Of a DNA stretch of 64,000 bases, positions 51,810-64,000 are shown in pieces. The position numbers and the translations under genes are program-made. Numbering within the stretch: the first letter of the stretch is position 1; the number at the start of each line of letters is the position of its first letter. The notes beneath the pieces were generated by a model that ran no database searches, was not told the origin of the DNA, and worked only from the letters and a program-made list of their open reading frames with translations. The stretch is from Chrysomallon squamiferum (Eukaryota; Animalia; Mollusca). The stretch is taken from contig CM022666.1 of the NCBI GenBank assembly GCA_012295275.1, positions 5,146,001 through 5,210,000 on the forward strand. Reading direction: 5' to 3'.

Positions 51810-54305
51810 ATGCTGACTTCTATTCCTGTGTTAAGTAAGCGACACAAAATAACAACAGAAGGGAATGATATAGTCTGAGTATCACGTGGTAGAATTTTAC
51901 AGCCAGGATTTGTCATCTTACACATAATAGGGATAAATTAATGTAGTCATCCTGGAACAAATCCAGGGTAACGGTCGCTGTCCACTGAACGCACTGTGTA
52001 ACTAGTTATGTAGATGTTTGCTCTTCTGTATTAATCCTTACGTGATTGTTGTGACCGATTACAATCATTCTATCCATCTATATTATTCTTTATTGCTTTA
52101 CTGAATGTTCAGACTTCTCAAGTTCGCCAGTTTTGACAAAAATCTATCTGTCTGCATTCTAATGACCATACATCAAAGACTACAGCTCACCATTCTTGTT
52201 AAAATGGGTATTATTAAAAAGACACTTTGACAACGATTCTTGAAATAGTAGTGGTAATTAAACATGAGTTTTATGGGTTTTATGCATGTACGCTTTCACA
52301 CACACAAATACATATTAACATGAAATAACTGAATATTTCAGGATTTACATGTAAAGACTGGTTTCACAAACTGACCAGAAATATATATAAATATGTGATG
52401 CGTGTATTATGTAAGAATATTGTTAGGATTTGTAAATGTTGTTACATTTTCTTATAGTTTTACTTTTTTTGTGTTTGATGTGTTTCCTCACTGAATACAG
52501 AACACAATGGATTTTTGTTGCCACAGTTTTTTCTTATTAGGTTATTCATGTGTTCACACTTTTGTTTAATAGATATTACTTGTGAGAGCATTTCTTTGAT
52601 GTTTGTCAAGTTTTGAATCCTGCTGTTGTTGTTGTTGTTGTTGATATTATTATTATTAATAATTTATTTGTTTATTTATTGGTATTGTTGTTGTTATTGT
52701 TGCTATTTATTCAATTAATTAATGTATTTATTTTATTTAAATGGAGATTATGTTTATTTAATATTTATTCAATTAATTAATGTATTTATTTTATTTATAT
52801 GGAGATTATATTTATTTAATGTTTGTTATATACAGAGATCATATTTTTTCAATTCATTTTGTTAAATAATGTTTACTGTACTCTGTTTTTACAGACACAC
52901 ACACCCACACACCCACACACACACACACACACACACATTCTTTGAACATTTGCCTGTATTTCAAATAACAACATATTCAAACTATGCTGTTGGTTTGTCT
53001 GACGTTAACGATTTCCGAGGATTAATGCAAACTTAGTGAACTGCGCATATCAGTGTCTATTTGTACAGTACAAAACATAAACAGTTAAATATACCTTATC
53101 AGACACACACACACACACACACACACACATTCTTTGGACAGTTGCCAGTATTTTAAATAACAACATATTTAAATTATGATGTTGGCTTATTTTTGTGACG
53201 TTAACGTTTTCCGAGAATTAATAATCAATACTCTCTTTCTCCGGGAACAGGACTTTCCATCAAAGCTATGAATAGATGTGAGTCAGCAGTTGAACATATT
53301 ACTAGTAGACAGATTCAGAAAAGTATTGTTATAAATAAATAAATTTGTTGTCGTAGTTACTGTTGTTGAACATTTTCTTTGTATTCTAAACATGTACATC
53401 TGTGGATGTTGTATATATAATTAATGTTAAATGATAATGAATACTCCATGTATAGTGGCTTTTCTTTGTACAGTGAATATGTAATGTATGTATTATTGCG
53501 TGCCTGTTTTCTGTAAATCTGTACAGTGGAAGTTCTACAAACAGTGAATGTGTTCTAGGTATGTTCTATGTAAAATGAATGTGTACTGTATTCAGTGAAT
53601 AAATATTTACATATTACTGATTTTCTATATAAATAAGACCGATGAAAGTTAAATGTTCACTCATTGGTTTATAATGAGTAATACACGTTGAGTGTTCTTT
53701 ATACAGTATATACCCATGCATTGAAATTATCAGAGTAATAAATGTTTATATATATTGGTCACCTGTTCATGAGTTTGATATCTTTTTTCACTAACTGCTT
53801 CATTCACTATAAACAACTGACTTCTAGGCGACGTAGTTTGTTCGAAGTGCAGTGTCGACGTGTACACTCGACCTACAGTGACCTCGCTGTCTGCGAAATG
53901 TTTATCTAACCTGTGATTGCAGAGATATTTCATTGCTCAGGCTGCTTCATTCACGCTACTACTGTTCAGGGGTCGACAACACTTGGACACCAATTATTAC
54001 ATTAACTTGACACTCCTCCAAAACACCGCAGTGCTGTCTGATAACCTCTCTGCAAAAGGTTCCCGACCGGTTATATTGCATAGGGCATTTGAAATCAGAT
54101 ATTAAGGATTAACTTTTTGTTCATTTATTTAGGGTTAGACTGTTGAAAAGTGATTGATTAAAAATGATAAAATACCTGTGGTTAGTAGTCAGTTGTCACG
54201 TTTTTCTTTCCATGTTTCTGTTCCTGCTTGTAGATCACAGGTACTTGTCGTAGTTTCTATCATAAAAACAATTCAGGGCAATATTCTTAAATAGATCGCG
54301 GTGTG
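51810..54305 (+). repeat. Direct segmental duplication of ~26100-28335
   Basis: Long colinear high-identity match. Other pairs: 38640-39100/55205-55680, 35670-36710/60485-61520, 29260-29930/50886-51520. Confidence 0.9.
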
Positions 54306-54409
54306 TGTGTGTGAGTGTGAGTGTGTGTGTGTGTGTGTATGTGTGTATGTGAGTGTGTGAGTGTGTGTGTTTGTGTGTGTGTTTGTACACAGTAAGATGT
54401 GCGTTTGTG

Positions 54410-54567
54410 TGCAGTTTGTACACAATGAGACGTACTGCACCTACTTGGTCAACCTCGGCACGGACATCAACTGCACTGTAGAGGGAAGCAAACAGCAGCG
54501 GGAGTATGTCATCTCAGCGACTGGGTGTCAGCTTAATCCAGTGTGGCCCAAGTTTTATAAAAGGTGA
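54410..54567 (+). pseudogene. Stranded 3' part of gene B third exon between microsatellites
   Basis: Shares an exact 20-mer (tgcagtttgtacacaatgag) with 24343-24362 and continues QFVHNETYCTYLVNLGTDINCTVEGSKQQREYVISATGCQLNPVWPKFYKR. Confidence 0.55.
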
Positions 54568-54571
54568 TTAC

Positions 54572-55157
<586 letters not shown>

Positions 55158-55799
55158 TACAACAATAAGAACAAGTAATAAATGCACGTAGTTTATTTGT
55201 GAATATGGTAAAAAGTAAAACAAATACTTTGACGTGTGATCTACGCGATGCAGTGATCTACACTGATCAAATTCTACGCGCTTATTTTAGTTATTATTTT
55301 GTTTATTCTTGGTTTTTTATTACCTCGGTTTAACGATGTAATTGGTTCCAAATTTCTGATCGTTAAGCGGGAGACTAATTTACACAGAACTGATGTTAAA
55401 AACAGTGGTTCTCGCTGATGAGATTTCACATAAAACATATATATATATATTTTTTAAATAAATACAGAAAAATAAATAACTTAATAGATCATAGATATTA
55501 AACAAACAGTAAATCATTTACAAATCAATTTATACAAATAGATTAAGAAATAATTATATGCTACTCATAGTGGGTTCATGTTTGTGGGTTTTGTGTTCAT
55601 TTAAGATATCGTCTTTTCTTTCTAAAGTTATTGTCTTCCGTTTCGTTTTATCATCAGCATATCTATTCGTGATACACAGACTACATGTTTTCCTCATTTT
55701 GTTTATGGCTTAGTTGACACAGGAATAGAAGTTACGCTGTACTCTTTATTTAACAATAACGACAAAAACACAACAGCTGTTAGCAATACGATTGACTGA

Positions 55800-55972
55800 C
55801 ATCTATTTACAGCTCGGGTGGAAAGCACAGTATATCCGAAGAAAATTATTATTCTCTGAACGGAGGTAGACGACGTCATACGACCTTTTCAAAGTAGCGG
55901 GTATAAAAATCAACGAAGCCTGTCATAGATCGTAGACGTGCTTCACGTGAACACAGAGGCAGCCTAATTTAG
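55800..55972 (+). promoter_or_regulatory. Orphan copy of TNF promoter/first exon
   Basis: CRE-like site, TATAAAAA at 55902 and donor at 55972. Only a deleted coding-exon scrap (~58635-58680) follows. Confidence 0.45.
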
Positions 55973-55984
55973 GTAAGTAAATGT

Positions 55985-56425
55985 TTTACTTATTTCATAT
56001 GTTATATATATTTATATGAAATTATAATTTCACTTATTTCATAGGTTATATATATTTATATAAAATTATAATTTCACTTATTTCTTAGGTTATATATGTT
56101 TATATAAAATTATAATTTCACTTATTTCATAGGTTATATATATCTACATAAAATTATAATTTCACTTATTTCATAGGTTATATATGTTTATATCAAATTA
56201 TAATTTCACTTATTTTATAGGTTATATTTATTTATATGAAATTATAATTTCACTTATTTCATAGGTTATATATGTTTATATAACATTATAATTTCACTTA
56301 TTTCATAGGTTATATATGTTTATATAAAATTATAATTTCACTTATTTCATAGGTTATAAATGTTTATATAAAATTATAATTTCACTTATTTCATAGGTTA
56401 TATATATATTTATATAAAAATATAA
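55985..56425. repeat. ~42-bp AT-rich minisatellite of TNF intron 1 (also 11065-11305, 39437-39700, 62535-62660)
   Basis: Unit ataaaattataatttcacttatttcataggttatatatRttt; copy number differs among paralogues. Confidence 0.9.
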
Positions 56426-57730
56426 ATTCACTTCGCTGTTTAGGATTTTTCCGCGCCCTAGTTTCACTTGTATAATATTAAGTGATATTACATCAACTTG
56501 AAAAAACAAAACATCGCGGTAAGGTCGATAAGTATCTAGCACATGCGTTGGCAGGTAAGAATAATAACAGCCACAGAAAATACAGCACTCATATATTTGT
56601 CTGCTATCTCGAAAATCGGCAATATGCACGTGCAAGTTCGTGCCACGGACAGCTTAATGTAACAGTTCTGTGGTTAAAAAGCAGGAAAACTCAGTTATCA
56701 GATTCACGTTGCGATCTATAAACAGTAACGTTCACGGCAGTTTCAATTTCTGGCATTGAGAGGAAACCAGCCCTGGACGTGATCTTTCGAGAACGATACA
56801 ATATCAGCAAACAGAGCGGATATGTAGAATGAGGCCCTGGCAAGCTTTGACAGGTTTTTTCTGCCTTTGCACTAAACCAACTAGCCAACGCTTTAGGAAC
56901 GGATAACGAGAACATTACCCTAAGTTCTGTTTTCATCCGAGTAAATGTTTCTACATAAGTATATCAAAAACCAGGCGATCTATCTAGAAGGAGATTAAAT
57001 GTGTTATTCAAACTTTGACAGTAGTTTAGTCAAGGTATTTTCCTTCTTGCTTCTGAAATCTGATGTCCGCTGGTTTGGGAGAACATCGAACTTTCCGCTA
57101 TTAAGCCGTACCCGAGTTCACCGAGTGCTGTTGTTCGTTTTTGAATTTTTCAGAATAAAAACACATTTTATTGATTTAATTAAATCATCAAAATCTATCG
57201 AGCGAGAACTGTTTTCTAACTTCGTAGAAAAATAAGATGATTTGGCGGGAGAAACTTCAAATAAGCCATCATCGCCTTGGTTAGTCACCTGATCAAAATA
57301 CTTCCACTTGACTGGATATTTATTTCACTTCACGGTATTGAATATTTATTGCGCGCTTTGCTATCTCAAGCTGTTTTTCGGTCACTTTAATTTTGTTACA
57401 TTGTCTTCTATCTTGGAAAGTTACATCTTTGATTGCTAATGTACCGTCACAGTTTTGTCTATACATTTGTTTTAAGAGAAAAAACAATATATTTATTTTT
57501 TATTATTTCTTTAAAATCCTACCTCTTTCCAGTGATATAAATAACTTCGGACGAAAAACTCTACTCCTTAAATTCCTCAACAATTGGAAACAAATTTTGA
57601 GACATCAGACATCAAGGTCTTCATCAGGAGGATTATCTGTTTCATTAGACATCGCTGTGTTGTCATATTGGATTTCAGTGGTTTACTAGAGAGAGAGAGA
57701 GAGAGAGAAAAAAAAAAAAAAACAACTTTG

Positions 57731-58077
57731 TGGCATCAGATACTCCTTACAATTGGAAAGAAATTGTGTGGCATCAGATACCAAGAAAAACATTGTTTGG
57801 CATCAGATACTCCTTACAATTGGAAAGAAATTGTGTGGCATCAGATACCAAGAAAAACATTGTTTGGCATCAGATACTCCTTACAATTGGAAAGAAATTT
57901 TGTGGCATCATAAACCAAGAAAGAAATTTTGTGGCATCAGAAGCTCCTTACAATTGGAAAGAAATTTTGTGGCATCATAAACCAAGAAAGAAATTTTGTG
58001 GCATCAGATACTCCTTACAATTGGAAAGAAATTTTGTGGCATCATAAACCAAGAAACAAATTGTTTGGCATCAGATA
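57731..58077. repeat. 67-bp higher-order repeat (alternating 38- and 29-bp monomers) x5
   Basis: tggcatcagatactccttacaattggaaagaaattKtg alternates with tggcatcaKaWaccaagaaaRaMattKtK. Confidence 0.9.
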
Positions 58078-58511
58078 GCAAGGACTTCATCAGGAGGATT
58101 ATCTGTTCTATTAGACATCGCTGTGCTGTCATATTGGATTTCAGTGGTGAGTATTTACATACAGAGGTTTACAAGGCATTCACTCTCTGTCTCTCATTTT
58201 CTCTGTCTCTCTGTCAATCTCTCCCTCTCTCTCGCTTTCTCTCTAACCTCTGTCAATCTGTCTCTCTCTGTCTCTCCGTCTCTCTCTGTCTGTCTGTCTC
58301 TCTGTCTGTCTGTCTCTGTGTCTCTCTCTGTTTACTCAATGCAATCACCTGATATCATACTGAATATGACAAGAGGAAGAACCATCAAGCGAAGAACTCT
58401 CAGAAACAATTCTCCTGGCATTCGTGTTAAAATAAAAAATAAAAATACCTTATTTCATTTCATTAGATATTAACAGACACACACGGCATGCATGCATACA
58501 TGCATTCATAT

Positions 58512-58550
<39 letters not shown>

Positions 58551-58684
58551 CTCTCTGTATGTGTGTGTGTGTGTGTGTGTGCGTTTTTTTCTTGGCTTTA
58601 TTTATTATTTTACTTTTATTTTTTGAAAGAATGATATTTATGTGTGTGGTTTTTGATACTCATCAGTCTCATAAATATATCAAA

Positions 58685-58719
<35 letters not shown>

Positions 58720-59647
58720 AAAAAGGAAAAAGGAAAAAAGAAAAAAGAAAAAAGTTTTGTGTAGAAATGGTTAAATTCTATATAAAAATATTAAAATATT
58801 GACTTCATTATGAATTAAACTGAGAAAGAAGATCCATATACGTTTAATAATATAATATTATGAAAAGGAGAAATTCATTGTGCTGAAAAATATTTATAAA
58901 TTTATAATTAATTTAATATTGACAAAATTTGAAATAGTTATTAATATTCTTTTCACAAACTGTTTTAAAGTCATACAAAATTTCATGTAAAATCTGCATA
59001 ATAAACAATCTATTTAAAGCATTCTTTTGTTTTATCACAATAAGACTTTTCTTTTTAGAAGCATTTCAGAATCTTAGATATTATGATTATTAATTTTATT
59101 ATCACTACCATCATCATCATAATCATTATTAATGGTATTATGACCATGATAATTATCATTGACTTTATTACCACTATCATCTTCATCATTATAACTACTG
59201 CTATATTATTACTATATAATCATGATTACTAATATTATTCTTTCTACTACTCCTACTATTTATATTAGTGTTGCTGCTGCTGCTACTACTACTACTATTA
59301 AATGTATCATTATTATCATCATCATCATTATAATTAGTATTGTTTGCTGCTGCCGTTGTTGTTAAATAAAGACTACAGCGTTACCTCTGGTCACCTAATT
59401 TTTATTACTTGGATAGTTACTTTAAATGTAGTACAAATGTCTTAATCTGCATTTATCATTTTCTTCTTTTTCTTCTTTTCTTTTTTGAATATCAAGTAAA
59501 ATTAATGAGAATATTTTTCAACTGACTTTTCACTTATAACCCAGTCAGTGACAAGATTTGAGTTTCATTTTATGAAGCATAATTTGTATACTTTATAGAC
59601 AGTAAGTTAAATATTGCTGTTATATAACCATGTTCATATCACATACT

Positions 59648-59684
<37 letters not shown>

Positions 59685-61187
59685 GTGCACACCCACACAC
59701 ACATATATCATTACTGAGTTTTAATAGTTGTACAGTCGTCGTTGACGGTAACAATTTAAAAAGTCATCTGTTTATCTTTAAAAGTAATCCTACCCGAGCA
59801 GTGTTTATAAACACTTCTAAGCGACGTATTTTGTTCCAGATGTGAAATATTACCTATCTGCCAAGATATCTCATTTCTCTGTCTGCTTCATTCACGCTAC
59901 TACTGTTCAGGGTTGGGCAACGTTTGGTCAGCCAACTGAACACTTGGATTCCAATTATTACTATAACTTGGCCCTCGTCCCAAAACAGCACAGCTGACTG
60001 GCCCCCTCTCTTCTCTGTGTGTGTGCGTGTGCATGTGCATGTTCTTGTGCGTGTGCGTACGTACGTGCGTGCGTTCGCGCGCGTTAATAGTATGTGACTT
60101 ATTTGTACTGTTTTATGTTTTTGTTTATTATTGTTGTTTTTCTTTGTGTGTTTTTTTTTTGTTTGTTTTCTTGTTGTTATTTTTTGTTATTTTAATTATT
60201 AATTTCATTTTTGATTCTAAGCATGTCATCCTCTCCATTAGGCTATATTTTACTCACAGCCAATCAAAATGTGATTTGAAGTACAACGCGTCATCGTGTG
60301 AGTGTGTGTGACAGTGTGTGTGTGTGTTTGTATCTGTGTGTGTGTGTCTGTGTGTGTGCGTGTGTTTGTATGGTTTTATTTATTATTTTTATATTGAAAT
60401 AGGTAAATTCGATATAAAAATATTAAATAACTAAGTTCATTACAAATGAAATTAAGAAAAAAGATCAATTTACGTTTAATAATTTATGAAAAGGAGAAAT
60501 TAATTGTGCTGAAAAATATTTATAAATTTAAAATTGATTGTAATAGACGAGTTTCAAATTGGTTATTAACATTTTTTTTAGAAACTGAGAGAAAGTCACA
60601 GAAAAGCTGAGAAAAGTGGAGAAATTAACACAAACACAAGCACAAATTGGTTTTGACATATTGGAAAAGTAAATTACAAAAGTGTTAAGTTTAAATGGAA
60701 GCAGAAGAGAAGAGAGAATCTGAACACCACATGCACGTGTGACGTCTGCGTGTCAACTGATCAACACAGCTGAGAGAAGCTTTAGCGCGTGACTGAATGA
60801 AAAACGGACTTAAACACATGCATTGTACCCGTTTGTACCATTTATTTCGAGAAATTAACTATTAAATTTTTGTTTATATAATTTGTAAAAAGAAAAGATC
60901 GTTAAAGCGTGATACTTTTTGTTTATTTATATATTTATAATTTATCAATGAATTGAGCTTAAAAGATGAAGAAGTTTATCGATGAACTGAGCGAAAATCT
61001 GCTATTAAGTTTATTTATTTATTTATTGGATTATTTAATTATAAATTTATTTGTTTGTTTTTTACTTTTATTTGTCTATTTTACTGTGTTTTATTTCATT
61101 TCATTTTATTTTATTTTTTTAAATTAATTAATTCGCTACACTTTACTTTTCATCACTTTTTATTTATTTTACGGTATTTTATTTTAC

Positions 61188-61221
<34 letters not shown>

Positions 61222-61982
61222 AACCGGTTAAAATTTCATAATTATTTGTGTTTTAAACCGAATGTTAATTTTTCTTTATTTTTCGTTTTATAAAATAAAA
61301 GATGTTGTCTTGCTAATGAAAAATTAAAAAAGAAAGAAAGCTATCGGTGTTCATTTTTATTTTCACCAACAGTAACAAGAACAACAACAACAACAAATTT
61401 ATTTATCTATAATAATAATAATGTATTCAAACTTTGTGAATCCGTCTATTAGTAATTCAGTGACGTAACATCTATTTATAGCCCAGTTGAGGAATAAAAT
61501 GAGTATTTATTACATATCTGAAATCTTCTTGGGAGGAAAAAAACAAGCCAACAACATAGTGTTAATATGCTGTTATTCAAAATGCTGGCAATTATTCAAA
61601 GAATCCGATTACAGTGTGAAAAATAGTTTAAATAATATATATCTGTGTGTTGTGTCTGTGTATGAATTTAACAGATTTAATTGAAGAAAATGTATAATCT
61701 CTATTTATACCTAATTAGCAACTAACTAGCAACAACAACAGCAATAAAATAAATAAACGAATAAATAAATACATAATAATAATAATAGTAATAATAATAA
61801 CAACAACAACAATAATAATTAATTAATTAATAACGGTTATAATAATAGTTTTAAGCGTAAGGTGGTGAATCTAAGCTGCTCAACTTCAACAGAATAGAGT
61901 TGAGATAATAATAAACATTTTTATTTAATTCAACATTGTTTAAATTGATAAAATGTAATGTATGTGTATGTTATATATAGTC

Positions 61983-62051
61983 TCACTGACTTTCAGGTAG
62001 TCAATAGCTCTAATGTAGGGAGCAACAAAACTTTCTTTGTATCTTCGTACT
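61983..62051 (-). pseudogene. Inverted fragment of TNF homology domain exon
   Basis: Minus strand reads VRRYKESFVAPYIRAIDYLKVSE versus VRRYQEGFVPSYIGAVYYLKAND in copy 1. Confidence 0.72.
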
Positions 62052-62339
62052 AAAGAATAATATGCTAAAATGATCTGTGAGTATTCAAAGCCTGAGAAAC
62101 ATGAAAGAAATACCTTCACTGGTAATATATATTAAACACAAGTATGAACACATGCAAAATCTAATAAGACTACACAGACTACATGTTTTCCTTTTGTTGT
62201 TTATGGCTTAGTTGACACAGGAATAGAAATTACGCTGTACTCTTTATTTAACAATAACGACAAAAGCAATCGTAATAATAATAATAATAACATAACAACA
62301 ACAACAATAACTACTGTTAGTAATACGCTTGACTCATAT

Positions 62340-64000
62340 CTACATACAGCTCGGGTGGAAAGCCCAGTTACCCGAAGAAAATTATTTTTCTCTGAACGGA
62401 GGTAGACGACGTCATACGACCTTTTCAAAGTAGCTGGTATAAAAATCAACGCAGCCTGTCAAACAACGTTTCTGTCGTAGACGTGCTTCACTCCATTGTG
62501 AAAACAGAGGCAGCCTAATTTAGGTATGTAAATGTTTTACTTATTTCATTTTTTATATATATTTATATAAAATTATAATTTCACTTATTTCACAGGTTAT
62601 AATTATTTATATAAAAGTATAATTTCACTTATTTCATAGGTTATATATATCTATATAAAATAATAAATTCACTTTGCTGTTTAGGATTTTTCCACGCCCA
62701 AATTTCGCTTGTATAATATTAAGTGATATTACATCAACTTGAAAAAATAAAACATCGCGGTAAGGTCGATAAGTTTCTAGCACATGCGTTGGCAGGTAAA
62801 AATAATAACAGCCACAGAAAATACAGCCCTCATTTATTTCGCTGGTATCTCGAAAATCTGCAAAATGCACGTACAAGTCGTACCACTGGCACCTTAATGT
62901 AACAGTTCTATGGTTAAAAAGCAGGAAAACTGAGTTATCAGATTCACGTTGCGATCTATAAACAATAACGTTCACGATAGTTTGAATTTCTGTCACTGAG
63001 AGGAAACCAGCCCTGGACGTGATCTTTCGAGGACGATACAATATCAGCAAAGAGAGCGGATATGTAGAATGAGGACCTGGCAAGCTTTGACACATTTTTT
63101 CTGCCTTTGCACTAAACCAACTAGCCAAGGTTTTAGGAACGGAGAAAGAGAGCATTACCTCAGCTTATTTTGTTTTTTTGATCGGAGCAAAAATGTTTAC
63201 AGAAGTGTTTCAAGAACCAGACGATCTACTACGAAGGTGATTAAATGTGTTCATCAAACTTTGACAGTAGTTTAGTCAAGGTATTTTCCTTCTTGCTTGT
63301 CAAATCTGATCTCCGCTGGTTTACGAGAACATCGAACCGCCATTAAGCCCTACCCGAGTTCACCGAGTGCTGTTGTTCGTTTTTTAATTTTTCACAATAA
63401 AAACACATTTTAGTGATTTAATTAAATCATCAACATCTATGGAGCCGAAACTGTTTTCGAATTTCTTGGAAAAATAAGATGGTTTGGCTGTAGATTACTG
63501 GAAACAAGCCATCATCGCCTTCATTAGTCACGTGATCACAATATTACCACCTGTTTGCATATTTATTCCACTTCAGGGCACTGAATGTTTATTGCGCTTT
63601 GACACATTATGTTACCTCGAGCTGTTTTTCTGTCACTTTAATTTTTTTACATTGTTTTCTTTGCTAGAAAGTTATGTCTTTGATTGCCAATCTACCGTCA
63701 CACTTTCCTTTTTTTTTTTGAGAGAAAAAAGATATTTATTATTATAATTTTTTTAAATTTCCTCCTCTTTCCAGTGATATAAATAACTTCGATTGAAAAA
63801 CTCTCCTCTTTACATTCTTCAGCCATTGGAGACACACTTTGTGGTATCACGTGTCCAAGGTTTACATCAGGAGGATTATCTGCTCCATTACACATCGCTG
63901 TGCTGTCATATTGGATTTCAGTGGTGAGTATTTGTACACAGTGGTTTACTAGGCATTCACTGAAAATTGAAAAATCAAGCTTGGCATTTTATTTATTTTT
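62340..64000 (+). promoter_or_regulatory. 5' region (promoter, UTR exons, intron 1) of a probable further TNF copy beyond the window
   Basis: Colinear with 39250-40950: kB-like, CRE-like, TATAAAAA at 62438, donors at 62523 and 63923. Confidence 0.55.

Noticed and set aside
57731-58077. Repeat-spacer-like pattern (TGGCATCA + variable) and overlapping ORFs
   Set aside because: The 'spacers' are two alternating recurrent types. The ORFs arise from a 67-bp unit cycling through frames.

Overview
AT-rich, microsatellite-dense eukaryotic DNA, probably from an invertebrate and most likely a mollusc (inferred from composition and gene content), with two 200-N assembly gaps. The window is a birth-and-death cluster of TNF-superfamily ligand genes on the + strand. 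Two copies are intact: 4 coding exons, 264 aa, at 11693-13533 and 41348-43512. One is a full-length pseudogene (19211-21018). There are many truncated or inverted exon relics, and a probable further copy starts at the right edge. The ligands lack a cytoplasmic tail, have a 6-Cys stalk and end in a TNF homology domain (THD). Broken copies of a second, unidentified membrane-protein gene ('gene B') are interleaved and co-duplicated with them; gene B can be reassembled from scattered exons and weakly resembles DC-STAMP by eye. The rest is a patchwork of direct and inverted segmental duplications, minisatellites, an internally deleted FLYWCH-type Mutator element and other decayed repeats. No rRNA, tRNA or CRISPR was seen. 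All comparisons were made by eye, with no database search.
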